Positions 1 through 10,280 of a stretch of 64,000 nucleotides of DNA are shown here, piece by piece. Location of the stretch: the IMG/VR virus record IMGVR_UViG_2561511107_000003, positions 6,264-70,263 of that record; one strand, written 5' to 3'. A model generated the notes under the pieces. That model ran no database searches. It saw only the letters and a list, made by a program, of their open reading frames with translations, and had not been told where the DNA came from. This DNA comes from a virus. Taxonomy: Duplodnaviria > Caudoviricetes. Positions within the stretch are counted from its first letter, which is position 1, and each line of letters begins with the position of its first letter. The position numbers and the translations under genes are program-made.

Positions 1-20
1 CTGTCGTCATCCATCGATAA

Positions 21-74
21 AGACTACTGAACAACCTCTTGCACGTCACATGTGACGTGTGGCAGTCTCAGCGC
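21..74. promoter_or_regulatory. Divergent promoter/operator region (phage immunity switch)
   Basis: Perfect 18-bp palindrome CACGTCACATGTGACGTG at 42-59, between TTGCAC (39-44) and CAGTCT (63-68). ATG at 75 would be leaderless. A minus-strand TAGTCT lies at 21-26. Confidence 0.6.
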
Positions 75-359
75 ATGCCGGACACCACACATGACGTGTC
101 GAGCAGCATCAGACACGGCGACTCCGCCGTATCGTCGGTATCCGTCCGCTGGACCATGGTCAAGCAGGCACTCGGCGTCACCCGCAACGAAGACGCCGCC
201 ACTGCCTGCGGCGTGCCGCTGCGCACCCTCGACCGTCTGTTCGAGCGACCTGACCACAGCCTGATTCGCAACGCGAGAGCGGTCACCGCCGCGACCGGCA
301 TCACCCTGGAAGAACTGATCGCCTGCCAACGCCGCCCTGCGCTGAGCGAGGCGGCATGA
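75..359 (+). CDS. Cro-like HTH DNA-binding protein
   Basis: 94 aa, HTH-like NEDAATACGVPLRTLDRLF; first gene of the early operon behind the operator. Confidence 0.65.
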   Translation: MPDTTHDVSSSIRHGDSAVSSVSVRWTMVKQALGVTRNEDAATACGVPLRTLDRLFERPDHSLIRNARAVTAATGITLEELIACQRRPALSEAA

Positions 360-526
360 GCACCAAGCCAATGCTTGTCGGTGACGAGGATTGGATGATC
401 CGGGTCGCCGTCGACGCGGCCCCCGAGCTGTCGTCCGACGCGATCGACAAGCTGCGGCGCGTTTTCGCACCCGCCCAGCCGAGCCGCCCGACCTCGGTTG
501 CCCAGCCGAGCCGGCGGGCCGCATGA
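356..526 (+). CDS. Small hypothetical protein (MSTKPMLVGDEDW...)
   Basis: 56-aa ORF with ATGA overlap to the upstream gene. Confidence 0.55.
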   Translation: MSTKPMLVGDEDWMIRVAVDAAPELSSDAIDKLRRVFAPAQPSRPTSVAQPSRRAA

Positions 527-617
527 CGAAGGTCAACAGCAGTAAGTGAGCCCCCCGCCGCAGGCACGGCGAAGGGCTCGACACCCGGACCAGAACCTGA
601 TCAAGCAAGGAGTCCAG

Positions 618-1253
618 ATGCAATCGCAGAGTAACCCAACTACCGGCCCCGGCTACTCGGCCGCTGAGCTGCGGACCCGGGAGGTTCAGGCCGGCGACCT
701 GACCGCCGGCATGACCATCCTCTACGAGCTTGGCGCGGGCCTTGGTGTCGAGCCCCTGACCGTGTCACGTGTCCGCCGCGACGGGGGCAGGACCGCCCTG
801 GTCACGTTCGAATTCGTCGACGACGAGACGCCGTTCAACGTCGAGGAGACCGTCACCGTCGTCGGCTGGGATGGCGCGGCGCCGCTGGCCGAGTCGGACT
901 ACTGGCAGGCCCTGGCCGCTGATCTGCGTGCGGCGGCTGACCGGCTGGCCACCCTCGCCGGCACGCCGGCCCCCGAGGTGCGCGCGAGCCTGTACCTGCA
1001 TGTCGGGCCGTTCATGGAGCGGGGTAGCGGGGAACGCCGTCCTGTGGTGGACGCGATCGCTGACGCCCTCAGCGGGACGGCCGCAGAGGTGGGGTCGGGG
1101 GCGTTCTGGGAGCACCGGGCGGATGTCACGGTCGGCGCGTTGGGCGTTACCGCGTGGACCCGGATTCCGGCACCGGAGGACGCGGAGACGGCGGCGCTGC
1201 GGGCTGAGGTGGCCGCGCTGCGCGCCCAGCTCGCCGAGGGCGGTGCCCGGTGA
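618..1253 (+). CDS. Hypothetical phage early protein
   Basis: AAGGAG RBS before ATG 618; coupled to the next gene. Confidence 0.7.
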   Translation: MQSQSNPTTGPGYSAAELRTREVQAGDLTAGMTILYELGAGLGVEPLTVSRVRRDGGRTALVTFEFVDDETPFNVEETVTVVGWDGAAPLAESDYWQALAADLRAAADRLATLAGTPAPEVRASLYLHVGPFMERGSGERRPVVDAIADALSGTAAEVGSGAFWEHRADVTVGALGVTAWTRIPAPEDAETAALRAEVAALRAQLAEGGAR

Positions 1254-1462
1254 GCGCCCCGGCGTGCGACGCCTGCCCGCGCACCGCGCGGTGGCGGATC
1301 CGTCCCGCCTGCTCGTGCCTCCTGCCGGCGGCAGGGGACAGGCAGTACGCCTGCACTGAGCACCTCGGGACGGTGACCGGGATGTGGGGTGAGCACCAGC
1401 GGCGGCACACCGGCCGCGGGGCGTTTGACGCGGTGCGCCTCTCCTGGGCGGTGCCCAAATGA
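1250..1462 (+). CDS. Small Cys-rich (Zn-finger-like) protein
   Basis: CDAC...CSC...CTEH; GTGA overlap. Confidence 0.6.
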   Translation: MSAPACDACPRTARWRIRPACSCLLPAAGDRQYACTEHLGTVTGMWGEHQRRHTGRGAFDAVRLSWAVPK

Positions 1463-1689
1463 GCGCCCCGACCTGGCCCCTCACGGCCGACGCCGCCGAG
1501 ATCACCGTCCTGGACCTGGGGTGTGGACACCTGCCCGGGGAGTCCTGCGACGAGGCGTGCGCCTACTGGCGGGGTGTCGCGGCCGGCGAGTACCCGCCGC
1601 CGGAGGCCTACATGCCGGTGACGCTGCCGCCGCACTGCCCCGAGCTGCTGCCGCTGACCGATCCGGCGCTGCGGGGGGTGGCCTCATGA
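1459..1689 (+). CDS. Hypothetical protein
   Basis: ATGA overlaps on both sides. Confidence 0.6.
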   Translation: MSAPTWPLTADAAEITVLDLGCGHLPGESCDEACAYWRGVAAGEYPPPEAYMPVTLPPHCPELLPLTDPALRGVAS

Positions 1690-1919
1690 CTCGCCGCGAA
1701 CTGTCCATCCACCCCGGCCCGGGGGTGTGCCCCGGATGCCTGACCGTGCCCGGCCGCACCCACGGCCCGGCGTGTCCGGCGGTGGAGGGTGCCCGGCACG
1801 CTGCCGCGCCGCATCCGCACGCAGACACCGTCCGCATCGTCGTCGGCCTGCTGGTCGGCGTGCCCCTCGGTGCCGCCATCTGCCTCCTGGCCGCCCTGCT
1901 GATCTGGAGCCTCACATGA
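1686..1919 (+). CDS. Small membrane protein with CxxC/HxxxC motif
   Basis: CPGC...HGPAC then a C-terminal hydrophobic helix. Confidence 0.6.
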   Translation: MTRRELSIHPGPGVCPGCLTVPGRTHGPACPAVEGARHAAAPHPHADTVRIVVGLLVGVPLGAAICLLAALLIWSLT

Positions 1920-3109
1920 CTACGAACCTGCTTGATGTATTGACTGCCGGGCGCGCTCTGCCTGCCGGCTGCGACCGGTGGGGCATCCGGACCGGCGAGT
2001 GCCCGGTCGAGGTCGGTGACGGGATCTGTCTGGCGCGGACCTGGGGGGCGATGGCCTCCGCCGGTGTGCCGGCGGTGACCCTGCTGTTGTGTGCGTGGTC
2101 GACCGCTGACCTGCTCTCCGGCGCCAGCGGGGACACGTGGCAGGTGCGGCGAGCGTATGTCGTGGATGTTGTGGACGGTGCGCGTCTGATCCGCGAGCAC
2201 GGCCGCGGAGCGTACCTGCGGGGCGCGAACCTGGGCGGCGCGGACCTGAGGGGCGCGTACCTGGAGGACGCGAACCTATGGGGCGCGAACCTGGAGGGCG
2301 CGTACCTGGACGGCGCGAACCTGGAGTACGCGAACCTGAGGGGCGCGTACCTAAAGGGCGCGAACCTGGGCGGCGCGTACCTGCAGGGCGCGGACCTGGA
2401 GGACGCGGACCTGGAGGACGCGTACCTGCGGGGCGCGTACCTGCGGGGCGCGTACCTGCGGGGCGCGTACCTGCAGGGCGCGAACCTGAAGGACGCGGAC
2501 CTGAAGGACACGGACCTGGACGGCGCGGACCTGGAGGACGCGTACCTGCGGGGCGCGTACCTGCGGGGCGCGTACCTGCAGGGCGCGAACCTGGAGGACG
2601 CGGACCTGGCGGGCGCGAATCTGAAGGGCGCGAATCTGAAGGGCGCGAATCTGAAGGGCGCGAACCTGAAGGGCGCGAACCTGAAGGGCGCGGACCTGCG
2701 GGGCGCGGACCTTGAGGACGCGTACCTCGACGGCGCGGACGCCGAGCGGGCCCGCCTCCAGGACAAGCTGGACGTAACCACCGCCGCCTACGAGCGACGC
2801 ACCCGGCAGGCCCACGCCGACCGGGACCAGGCGATCAGCACCAGCCAGCAGCTACGGGTGGGCCTGGTCGCCGCGCGGGAGAAAGCCGCGGCGTACCCGG
2901 CGCATGTCATCGAGGCCGGTGGACCTGACCACTACGCCGCCGGGCAGGCCCAGGCACTACACGCGGCGATCCTCGCGGCCGACTGGAACACCGTCCGACA
3001 GATCGCCGCCGACCCGTGGACGGCGGGAGACGACGTGGACACGGCGCGGGGTGCGCTGGCCGGCGCCGGCGAACTGGGCGACGTCAACCGTGAGGAGGCG
3101 GGGCGGTGA
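1916..3109 (+). CDS. Pentapeptide repeat protein
   Basis: 35 tandem A(Y/N/D)Lxx repeats. Confidence 0.9.
   Translation: MTTNLLDVLTAGRALPAGCDRWGIRTGECPVEVGDGICLARTWGAMASAGVPAVTLLLCAWSTADLLSGASGDTWQVRRAYVVDVVDGARLIREHGRGAYLRGANLGGADLRGAYLEDANLWGANLEGAYLDGANLEYANLRGAYLKGANLGGAYLQGADLEDADLEDAYLRGAYLRGAYLRGAYLQGANLKDADLKDTDLDGADLEDAYLRGAYLRGAYLQGANLEDADLAGANLKGANLKGANLKGANLKGANLKGADLRGADLEDAYLDGADAERARLQDKLDVTTAAYERRTRQAHADRDQAISTSQQLRVGLVAAREKAAAYPAHVIEAGGPDHYAAGQAQALHAAILAADWNTVRQIAADPWTAGDDVDTARGALAGAGELGDVNREEAGR
2210..2734 (+). repeat. 35 x 15-bp coding tandem repeat (GCG nAC CTG nnn Gn C consensus)
   Basis: Read directly from the sequence. Confidence 0.95.
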
Positions 3110-3282
3110 CCCCGACCTGGCGGGGCTGGCTGCCCGCACCGCGCACCCTGCCGATGCGGCCACCTACCTACCGGCCGCCGTGTCCCACCTGCGGTGACGG
3201 GCTGCCGGGACTGCTGGCCCTGTGCTGGAAGCCGCTGTGCCGGACCGCATTCCTTGACGACGACGCGAGGTACGACCAGTGA
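3106..3282 (+). CDS. Small Zn-finger-like protein (CPTC...CWKPLC)
   Basis: 58-aa ORF, GTGA-coupled on both sides. Confidence 0.55.
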   Translation: MTPTWRGWLPAPRTLPMRPPTYRPPCPTCGDGLPGLLALCWKPLCRTAFLDDDARYDQ

Positions 3283-4100
3283 ACATCACCGCGCCCGGCG
3301 TCTACGACATCACTGAAGAGAAATACCACGCCCACCCGGCCCTCTCATCCACCGGCGCCCGAAAGCTGCTTCCCCCGTCTTGTCCCGCCATCTACCGACA
3401 TGAGCAAGACAACGCCCAGCCGCACAAGCGCGAATTCGACTTTGGCCGCGCAGCCCACATGCTTGTGCTTGGTGCCGGCCCGCAACTCCACGTCGTCAAT
3501 GCCCCCAACTACCAAACCAAAGACGCCCGTCAGGAACGCGACGAGGCCTACGCACGTGGTGAGGTGCCGCTGCTCCCAGAAGAGTTCGACACCGCTCAGG
3601 CCATGGCCGCCGCACTGCGCCGCCACCCACGCGCCGCCGAACTGTTCACTGCTGACGGCATTGCCGAACAGTCGCTGTTCTGGATCGACACCGACACGGG
3701 CGTGGAGTGCCGGGTACGCCTGGACTACCTGACCGACCGGATCGTCGATTACAAGACCACCACCTGCGCCAACCCCGGGCACATCGCCAAGACGGTGGCC
3801 AACTTCGGCTACCACCAGCAGGCCGACTGGTATCTGACCGGCGCGATCGAACTAGACCTGATCGCCCCCGACGCCGAGTTCCTGTTCGTATTCCAGTCGA
3901 AGACCCCGCCGTACCTCGTGAAGGTCGTCGAGTTGGACGACACCGCGCTAAAGATCGGCGCCGAACGCAACCAGCGCGCACGGGAAACCTTTCGCGACTG
4001 CACCGAGTCGGGCATCTGGCCTGGCTACGGCGACAACATCGAAGTCATCTCGCTGCCCATGTATTTGCAGCGCCGCCACAACGAATGGGTTCTGTCGTGA
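3279..4100 (+). CDS. RecE/exonuclease VIII-like PD-(D/E)XK nuclease
   Basis: YHAHPALSST, CRVRLDYL, IVDYKTT, GYHQQADWY motifs; next to an ERF gene. Confidence 0.85.
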   Translation: MNITAPGVYDITEEKYHAHPALSSTGARKLLPPSCPAIYRHEQDNAQPHKREFDFGRAAHMLVLGAGPQLHVVNAPNYQTKDARQERDEAYARGEVPLLPEEFDTAQAMAAALRRHPRAAELFTADGIAEQSLFWIDTDTGVECRVRLDYLTDRIVDYKTTTCANPGHIAKTVANFGYHQQADWYLTGAIELDLIAPDAEFLFVFQSKTPPYLVKVVELDDTALKIGAERNQRARETFRDCTESGIWPGYGDNIEVISLPMYLQRRHNEWVLS

Positions 4101-4840
4101 CTGACATGCCGAACAACCTGAACGCTGCTCTCGCCCGCCTCCAGATGGAGTTGCCGCGCATCGAGAAAGACCAGACCGCAAAAGTCGACACCAAGTCGGG
4201 TGGCAGCTACCGGTACACGTACGCCGACCTGGCGCGGGTGTCACAGAGGGTTCTGCCGAATCTCGGCAAGCTGGGGCTGGCGTTCACGTCCCGGCCGACG
4301 ACCAAGGACAACCGGCTGGTGCTCGTGTACGAGTTGCGGCACATATCCGGTGAGATGATTGAAGGTGAGTGGCCGCTGCCGGACCGGGGCTCCCCGCAGG
4401 AGATCGGTAGTGCGATCACCTACTTTCGCCGGTACTGCCTGTGCGCGGTGACGGGTGTGGCGCCGGAGGGCGACGACAACGACGCCGCGCTGGCTGAGCA
4501 GGCGTCGGCCCACCGTAACCGGTCTTCCCGGTCACCCCGCTCGGATCAGCCGTCGAGCGGCAACGGTGGGCAGGAGCCGCCGATCACCGGCGAGCAGAAG
4601 GCACGCATGCAGCGGGCTTTCGGTGAGTTGGGTATCGCCGGCCAGGGTGATCGGCTCCAGTACGCGATCGGGGTGGTCGGCCGACAGATCAAGTCGTCGA
4701 CTGAGCTGACGCAGTTCGAGGCCGGGCGTGTCATCAAGCAGGCCGAGCGGGATGTGGAGAAGCGGCAGCGCGCCGACCGTAACGGTACTGACCGGCCGGA
4801 TGCCGCGAAGCCGGCGGACGCTGTCGGGGTGCCGTCGTGA
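4097..4840 (+). CDS. ERF-family ssDNA annealing protein
   Basis: YTYADL and QEIGSAITYFRRYCLCAVTGVAPEGDDND signature. Confidence 0.9.
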   Translation: MTDMPNNLNAALARLQMELPRIEKDQTAKVDTKSGGSYRYTYADLARVSQRVLPNLGKLGLAFTSRPTTKDNRLVLVYELRHISGEMIEGEWPLPDRGSPQEIGSAITYFRRYCLCAVTGVAPEGDDNDAALAEQASAHRNRSSRSPRSDQPSSGNGGQEPPITGEQKARMQRAFGELGIAGQGDRLQYAIGVVGRQIKSSTELTQFEAGRVIKQAERDVEKRQRADRNGTDRPDAAKPADAVGVPS

Positions 4841-5721
4841 CTTGGTATCTCGGGGAGATGGCCCCGTTCGACACCGAATCAACCGGCACTGATGTGGAGA
4901 ACGACCGGATCGTTTCGGCCACCGTCGCCCGTATCCGCCCTGGCCAGCCCGTTGACGTGCACTCACACCTGATCTCCGTGGACGTGGCCATCCCCCAGGC
5001 CGCCACCGACGTGCATGGCATCACCACCGAGCACGCCCAGGCGAACGGGCAGCCGGCCGCCGTGGTTCTCGACCTGGTAGCGGGGGCGCTCGCTGACGCA
5101 ATGCTCGCCGACGTGGCCGTTGTCGGATCAAACCTGGCGTTCGATTTCACGCTGCTGGACCGGGACTGCCGCCGGCATGGAGTGCCCACAGTCCAACAGC
5201 GGCTAGGGCGTCCGCTCGGGCCGGTCGTGGACGTGTTCGTCATCGACAAGGCACTCGACCGGTACCGGCCGGGCAAACGGCAGTTGGATGCGCTGTGCCG
5301 GCAGTACGGGGTGCGGTTGGACGGCGCCCATGACGCGGAGAACGACGCGTTGGGTGCGGCCCGGGTGGCGTACCGGATCGGGCAACGGGCGCAGCAGGCG
5401 TTGGTCGCTCCGCAGGATGTCATGGACACGTATTCCGACCGGCGCTATCCGGACCGGATCGTGCGGGGCTTCCAGGAGTTCGGGAAGCTGACCCTCGCTG
5501 AGGTGCATGCCGGGCAGGTGGGCTGGTACGCCGAGCAGGCCGAGGGGCTTGCCCAGTATTGGCGGCGGCAGGCCAACGAGTTGGAGTATCAGTCCAGCCG
5601 GGCGTCGGATGACGCGGAGCGGGCGACAGCTCTTGCGGACGCCGAGGATTTGCGGCGGCGCGCCGACGGTGTCACCACCGACTGGCCGATCCGCCCTTAC
5701 GGCGAGCGGGTGCAGCCGTGA
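4837..5721 (+). CDS. DnaQ-like DEDDh 3'-5' exonuclease
   Basis: FDTESTG, NLAFDFTLL, AHDAENDA. Confidence 0.9.
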   Translation: MTWYLGEMAPFDTESTGTDVENDRIVSATVARIRPGQPVDVHSHLISVDVAIPQAATDVHGITTEHAQANGQPAAVVLDLVAGALADAMLADVAVVGSNLAFDFTLLDRDCRRHGVPTVQQRLGRPLGPVVDVFVIDKALDRYRPGKRQLDALCRQYGVRLDGAHDAENDALGAARVAYRIGQRAQQALVAPQDVMDTYSDRRYPDRIVRGFQEFGKLTLAEVHAGQVGWYAEQAEGLAQYWRRQANELEYQSSRASDDAERATALADAEDLRRRADGVTTDWPIRPYGERVQP

Positions 5722-6368
5722 CCGAACTCAGGCAGCATCACGACACCTACGCCACGCTGCGCATCGTCGTGTACGGCACGCCCGGCCCCCAAGGCTCGAA
5801 GACGTTCAAGGGCCGCAGCCGCACTGGCAAAGCGATCATGGTCGAGTCGTCGAAGAAGGTGCAGCCGTGGCGTGAACAGGTGCATGCCGCTGCCCTGACC
5901 GCTCTCAATGACCTTCCTGAGCTGCGCGACGTGTTCCCGCTGGACGGGCCGATTGCCGGCCGGTTCGTGTTCACTCTCCGAAAGCCCCTGTCCGCGCCTA
6001 AGCGCCGACGTACCTGGCCGATCACCTACCCGGACACGTCGAAGCTTCTCCGGTCGACTGAGGACGCGCTGACAACGGCTGGGGTTTGGGTGGACGACGC
6101 CCGTCTGGTCGAGCTCGACCGGCTGGCCAAGGTGTATCCGGGCGAGGATCCGGAGGCACTGGACCGGCCGGGTGCGCTGATCGTGTTGCGGCGGGTCACG
6201 GAGGGGCCAGTGGCCTTTGATCGCGACGTGCGCGGCTACCCGAGTCTCACGGCCGGGCCGCACCCGGATACCCGCCGGCGCTCCGGCCAGCTCACCGCCC
6301 GGCGGCCCGCCACCCGCCCCGCCCTCGCTGACGACAACCACACCCCTGAGGAGGCCACCCATGCCTAA
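5718..6368 (+). CDS. rusA: RusA-like Holliday junction resolvase
   Basis: GTPGPQGSK and PDTSKLLRSTEDALT...WVDDARL. Confidence 0.85.
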   Translation: MTELRQHHDTYATLRIVVYGTPGPQGSKTFKGRSRTGKAIMVESSKKVQPWREQVHAAALTALNDLPELRDVFPLDGPIAGRFVFTLRKPLSAPKRRRTWPITYPDTSKLLRSTEDALTTAGVWVDDARLVELDRLAKVYPGEDPEALDRPGALIVLRRVTEGPVAFDRDVRGYPSLTAGPHPDTRRRSGQLTARRPATRPALADDNHTPEEATHA

Positions 6369-6777
6369 CATCAGCCCCCCGCCGTCGCAGATTCTGCGCG
6401 ACGCCGCCCGACGCATCCGCGACCTCGCCGCCGAGGCCGCCCCCTCCGGCACCCCGCCCCACGGCTGGTCCGGCGGCATCGGACACGACAACAGCCCGAT
6501 GCTGTTCAGTGGCCCTACCCAACACGGCTACCACACGGGCATCATCTTCCACTTCCAGGAGGAAGCGCTGTGCGACGCCTGCTCCCGGCCGACGGCAGGG
6601 GACGTCGCGCACATGGCGGCGTGGCATCCGGATGTGGCGGTGCAGGTGGCCGCCTTCTTGGAGCAGGCCGCTGACGTTGTCGCCGTGTCACCGTCGCCGT
6701 TCACGGCGATCGCGTTGCGGATCGCCGCATTCTTTCCGGTGCAGGAGCCGGCCGCCGTTGTGGTCGTGTCCGCATGA
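6361..6777 (+). CDS. Hypothetical phage protein
   Basis: GAGGAGG RBS; HMAAWHPDVA motif. Confidence 0.7.
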   Translation: MPNISPPPSQILRDAARRIRDLAAEAAPSGTPPHGWSGGIGHDNSPMLFSGPTQHGYHTGIIFHFQEEALCDACSRPTAGDVAHMAAWHPDVAVQVAAFLEQAADVVAVSPSPFTAIALRIAAFFPVQEPAAVVVVSA

Positions 6778-7070
6778 GCCGACGACGCTTCACGGTCGAC
6801 CGGCGCAGCAACGACCACGGCGACCGGTGGCGCGACCACGCTGTCTGCCGCGACGAGGACCCCGAGCTGTTCTTCCCGATCGGGACGTCCGGTCCGACCC
6901 TGCTGCAGGTGGAGCAGGCCAAGGCCGTCTGCCGGCGCTGCCCGGCGATGGACCAGTGCCTGCAGTGGGCCCTCGACAGCGGCACCGACTTCGGCGTCTG
7001 GGGCGGCACGACGGAGAACGAGCGCCGCGAGCAGCTGCGGCAGGGCATCCGCCGGGTGACCGCCGCATGA
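6774..7070 (+). CDS. whiB: WhiB-family transcription factor (WhiB1-like)
   Basis: Four Cys (C..DPELFFP..CRRCP...C) and GVWGG. Confidence 0.95.
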   Translation: MSRRRFTVDRRSNDHGDRWRDHAVCRDEDPELFFPIGTSGPTLLQVEQAKAVCRRCPAMDQCLQWALDSGTDFGVWGGTTENERREQLRQGIRRVTAA

Positions 7071-7132
7071 CCACCACCGTCAGCGTGGCCCGCCCCGGGG
7101 GTGGGGCGGGCCCCACCCGCAAGGGACTGCAC

Positions 7133-7381
7133 ATGGACTACCGGACCGTCGAACGGCTGCTCGATGCCATCACCGCCGGCCGTATCTACCGTCGCCCCGA
7201 CTGGACGTACGGGGACCGCCGCAACGGCAGCCGCACCGTGGACGACCTGCTGTACAAGCTGGATGACCGCGGCTTCGTGGACCTGCGCCGAGACGGCACC
7301 GTCGTTGTCAACCAGGCCGGTCAGCAGTGGCGTGACCGGCCGCGTAAGGCCCACACGGCGTGGCAAGGGACCGCCGTATGA
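7133..7381 (+). CDS. Small winged-helix-like hypothetical protein
   Basis: AAGGGA RBS; ATGA overlap with dnaN. Confidence 0.55.
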   Translation: MDYRTVERLLDAITAGRIYRRPDWTYGDRRNGSRTVDDLLYKLDDRGFVDLRRDGTVVVNQAGQQWRDRPRKAHTAWQGTAV

Positions 7382-8556
7382 AAACCCGCATCGACCGAGA
7401 CCAGCTTGCTGACGTGGCCGGCTGGGTCGCCCGTAGCCTCCCCCAACGCCCCTCCGCGCCGGTGCTCGCCGGCATCAAACTCACCGCCGACGGTGCCACG
7501 CTCACCGCCGAGGGCTTCGACTACGAAGTCTCGACGCATGCCAGCGTGGCCACGCTCGGTGGCGAGCCCGGCACCGTGCTCGTGTCGGCGCGTCTCCTGT
7601 CAGAAATCGCCAAGGCGCTACCCAACAAGCCGGTCGACCTGGCCGCCGCCGGCACACACCTGGAACTGGTGTGCGGGTCGGCCCGGTTCACGCTGCCGAC
7701 GATGCCGGTGGAGGACTATCCGACCCTGCCGGCGATGCCGCAGCCGATCGGCTCCATCGACGCCGCAATGTTCGCGCAGGCAGTCACGCAGACGGCGGTG
7801 GCGGCAGGCAGGGAGGAAGCCCTGCCGATGATGACCGGGGTCCGCATCGAATTCGACGGCGACCGGATGGCGCTGCTCGCCACCGACCGGTACCGGCTCG
7901 TCGTCCGCGAACTGTCGTGGAAGCCGAACACAAACAATCTGTCAGCGCAGGTACTCATCCCTGCCAAGACGTTGACCGAGGTAGCGAAAGTCCTTGCCGC
8001 TGGCACCGACCCGATCACCCTCGCGTTGACGGCCGGAACTCCCGGCGAGGGTGTGATCGGCTTCAAGGCCGGCGGACGGCGTGTGACCTCCCGACTACTG
8101 GACGGGGCTAACTATCCGCCCGTCCGGTCCCTCCTCCCGAAGGAGGTGCACGCGTCGGCGCTCGTGCCGGCCGACGAACTCGTCCAGGTCGTGAAGCGAG
8201 TCGCGTTGGTGGCGGAACGCGCCACGCCGGTACTGCTCACCTTCACCCCCGGCGACACCGCACTGCTGGTGGAGGCAGGTGGTGCAGGGCAGGCCCGCGC
8301 CGCCGAGACAATGCCCATCGGTCACTACAAGGCCGGTGAGAGCATCACCATTGGATTCAACCCGCAATACCTGATCGACGGGCTGTCGCACCTCGGCGCC
8401 AGCCACGCCCTCATCGAAATGCTGGGCGCCTACAAGCCTGCCGTCATCTCCCCCGCCGGGGCGGCCAATGACAGCCAGTCAGGCAACGGCGAACCCGACG
8501 AACAGGAAACCCACCCCCACCGGTACCTGATCATGCCCATCCGGGTGACCCAATGA
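7378..8556 (+). CDS. dnaN: DNA polymerase III beta sliding clamp
   Basis: RPSAPVLAGI, FDYEVS, EDYPTLP, LATDRYRL, FNPQYLIDGL, YLIMPIR. Confidence 0.95.
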   Translation: MKTRIDRDQLADVAGWVARSLPQRPSAPVLAGIKLTADGATLTAEGFDYEVSTHASVATLGGEPGTVLVSARLLSEIAKALPNKPVDLAAAGTHLELVCGSARFTLPTMPVEDYPTLPAMPQPIGSIDAAMFAQAVTQTAVAAGREEALPMMTGVRIEFDGDRMALLATDRYRLVVRELSWKPNTNNLSAQVLIPAKTLTEVAKVLAAGTDPITLALTAGTPGEGVIGFKAGGRRVTSRLLDGANYPPVRSLLPKEVHASALVPADELVQVVKRVALVAERATPVLLTFTPGDTALLVEAGGAGQARAAETMPIGHYKAGESITIGFNPQYLIDGLSHLGASHALIEMLGAYKPAVISPAGAANDSQSGNGEPDEQETHPHRYLIMPIRVTQ

Positions 8557-9254
8557 CCGGCCCCGCCGTGCGCAGAGGCAGCCGACGCCACGCAACCGGC
8601 ACCAGAAAGTGCGGCCAGCACCCCCGCTACACCCCAGGATGCCGAAACTGCCAGCAACGCAACCGGGCACACGTAGCCGCACGCCACAAGGCTGTCATCC
8701 TCGGTACCCACCGTCCCGGCTTCGTGCCCGCCGTCGGCACGGCTCGCCGGCTGCAGGGGCTCACCGCCGAAGGGCACCCCGCACACGAGCTCGCCCAGCA
8801 CCTCGACGCTTCTGTCAGCACCGTCCAGCAGTGGCGTGCCCACAAGACTCTCACCGTCGCCAGACACACCCATGACGCGGTACGGATCCTCGTCACCCAT
8901 CTCGACAGTGGGGGCACCTCCACGAATGCCCGCAGCTACGCCTTACAGCAGGGCTGGGTTCCGGTCGCCGCCTGGGACGACATCGATGACCCGGACGCCA
9001 CACCCGCAGCGGGCAGCCTGGCCGAGGCGACACCGGAGCGGCCCGTGTCGCTGCGATACGTGCGGTGGGTACTCGACGGGCACTGGCCGATCGACCGGCT
9101 CACACTCGGCGAGCAGGCACACCTGTACCGGCTGTGGTGCGGGCAAGAGCAGCAGGCGGGTCGCCGGTCAGGGCGGAAACCGTTCGCCCGCGAGTGGGGC
9201 GTCACCCAGTGGCATGCCCGGCGGGTCGCTGACCTGGCGGCGGTGACCCGATGA
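8553..9254 (+). CDS. HTH DNA-binding protein (actinophage RRLQxL family)
   Basis: GTARRLQGLTAEGH, HTH, WDDIDDP. Confidence 0.65.
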   Translation: MTGPAVRRGSRRHATGTRKCGQHPRYTPGCRNCQQRNRAHVAARHKAVILGTHRPGFVPAVGTARRLQGLTAEGHPAHELAQHLDASVSTVQQWRAHKTLTVARHTHDAVRILVTHLDSGGTSTNARSYALQQGWVPVAAWDDIDDPDATPAAGSLAEATPERPVSLRYVRWVLDGHWPIDRLTLGEQAHLYRLWCGQEQQAGRRSGRKPFAREWGVTQWHARRVADLAAVTR

Positions 9255-9619
9255 TCGGCCTGTTCCGGCGCCGCCGGCGACCCGAGCACGCCACCCTCGC
9301 CGCCGAGAACGCCCAGCTCAGGGCCGAACTTCACGTCCTCGAGCAGGCCGTCGTCGACTGCGCGACCACGCATCCGCTGCCCGTCGACGTCGACCAGATC
9401 AACACCACCCGCCCGACACTTTCATACCGGTCGAGCCCGCTCGACGGCCTCTCCGGCGTCACCGTCAGCCCTGCGGGGGACGCCCACGTGCTCGTCGATG
9501 GTCTGGTCCATACCCCTGCCGCGGCGATTGAGCTGCCCGCCGCGATCGCCCGCGCCGCCCGCGAAGCCGCCGCCGGCCCGGATACCACGCTCCTCACGCC
9601 CCACAGAGAGGCACCCTGA
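9251..9619 (+). CDS. Hypothetical protein
   Basis: Coupled ORF with a short coiled coil. Confidence 0.6.
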   Translation: MIGLFRRRRRPEHATLAAENAQLRAELHVLEQAVVDCATTHPLPVDVDQINTTRPTLSYRSSPLDGLSGVTVSPAGDAHVLVDGLVHTPAAAIELPAAIARAAREAAAGPDTTLLTPHREAP

Positions 9620-9620
9620 C

Positions 9621-10121
9621 ATGGCAAACGACACCACCATCACCGTCATCGGCAACCTGACCGACGACCCCGAGCTGCGGTTCACCCCTTCCGGCACAGC
9701 GGTCGCCAAGTTCCGGGTGGCCTCGACGCCCCGGTTCTTTGACAAGTCGTCCAGCGAGTGGAAGGACGGCGAGCCGTTGTTCCTCTCGTGCACCGTGTGG
9801 CGGCAGGCCGCCGAGCACGTCGCGGAGTCGCTGCAGCGCGGCACCCGCGTGATCGTCTCGGGCCGGCTGCGTCAGCGGTCGTACGAGACCCGCGAGGGTG
9901 AGAAGCGCACCGTCATCGAGCTGGAGGTCGACGAGATCGGCCCGTCGCTGCGCTATGCCACGGCGAAGGTGCAGAAGATGTCCCGCTCGGGCGGTGGCGG
10001 ATTCAGCGGCGGTGGCGGCCGGGGCGGTGGCGACTTCGACGACCCCTGGGTCTCGGGCTCTCCCGCGCCCTCGCGCGGCGGGTCCGGTGGCGGCAACTTC
10101 TACGAAGCGCCACCGTTCTGA
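9621..10121 (+). CDS. ssb: Single-stranded DNA-binding protein
   Basis: [15 protein letters not shown], Gly-rich tail, C-terminal PPF. Confidence 0.97.
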   Translation: MANDTTITVIGNLTDDPELRFTPSGTAVAKFRVASTPRFFDKSSSEWKDGEPLFLSCTVWRQAAEHVAESLQRGTRVIVSGRLRQRSYETREGEKRTVIELEVDEIGPSLRYATAKVQKMSRSGGGGFSGGGGRGGGDFDDPWVSGSPAPSRGGSGGGNFYEAPPF

Positions 10122-10280
10122 TCCACCTCTGAACTGACCCTGCGTCAACGGGGCGTGGCCTGCCAGATGGTGGCTGCGCCCCGACCCGCCCAACCGCATC
10201 CATAGGCGGAGGTAAACGCCCGTGGTTGCGCCGAAAGCCTGCTCGACACCCAGCAAGGTCCGTCACTGGGAGGTGGCCAC

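Noticed and set aside
2210-2734. Variation among the 15-bp repeats resembles DGR adenine mutagenesis (AAC to TAC/GAC)
   Set aside because: No reverse transcriptase or template repeat in the window; the pattern is explained by conserved Ala/Leu codons and GC3 bias
3279-4100. Possible Cas4 linked to the CRISPR-like repeats
   Set aside because: Lacks the four-Cys Fe-S motif; sits next to ERF as a RecE-like recombination nuclease
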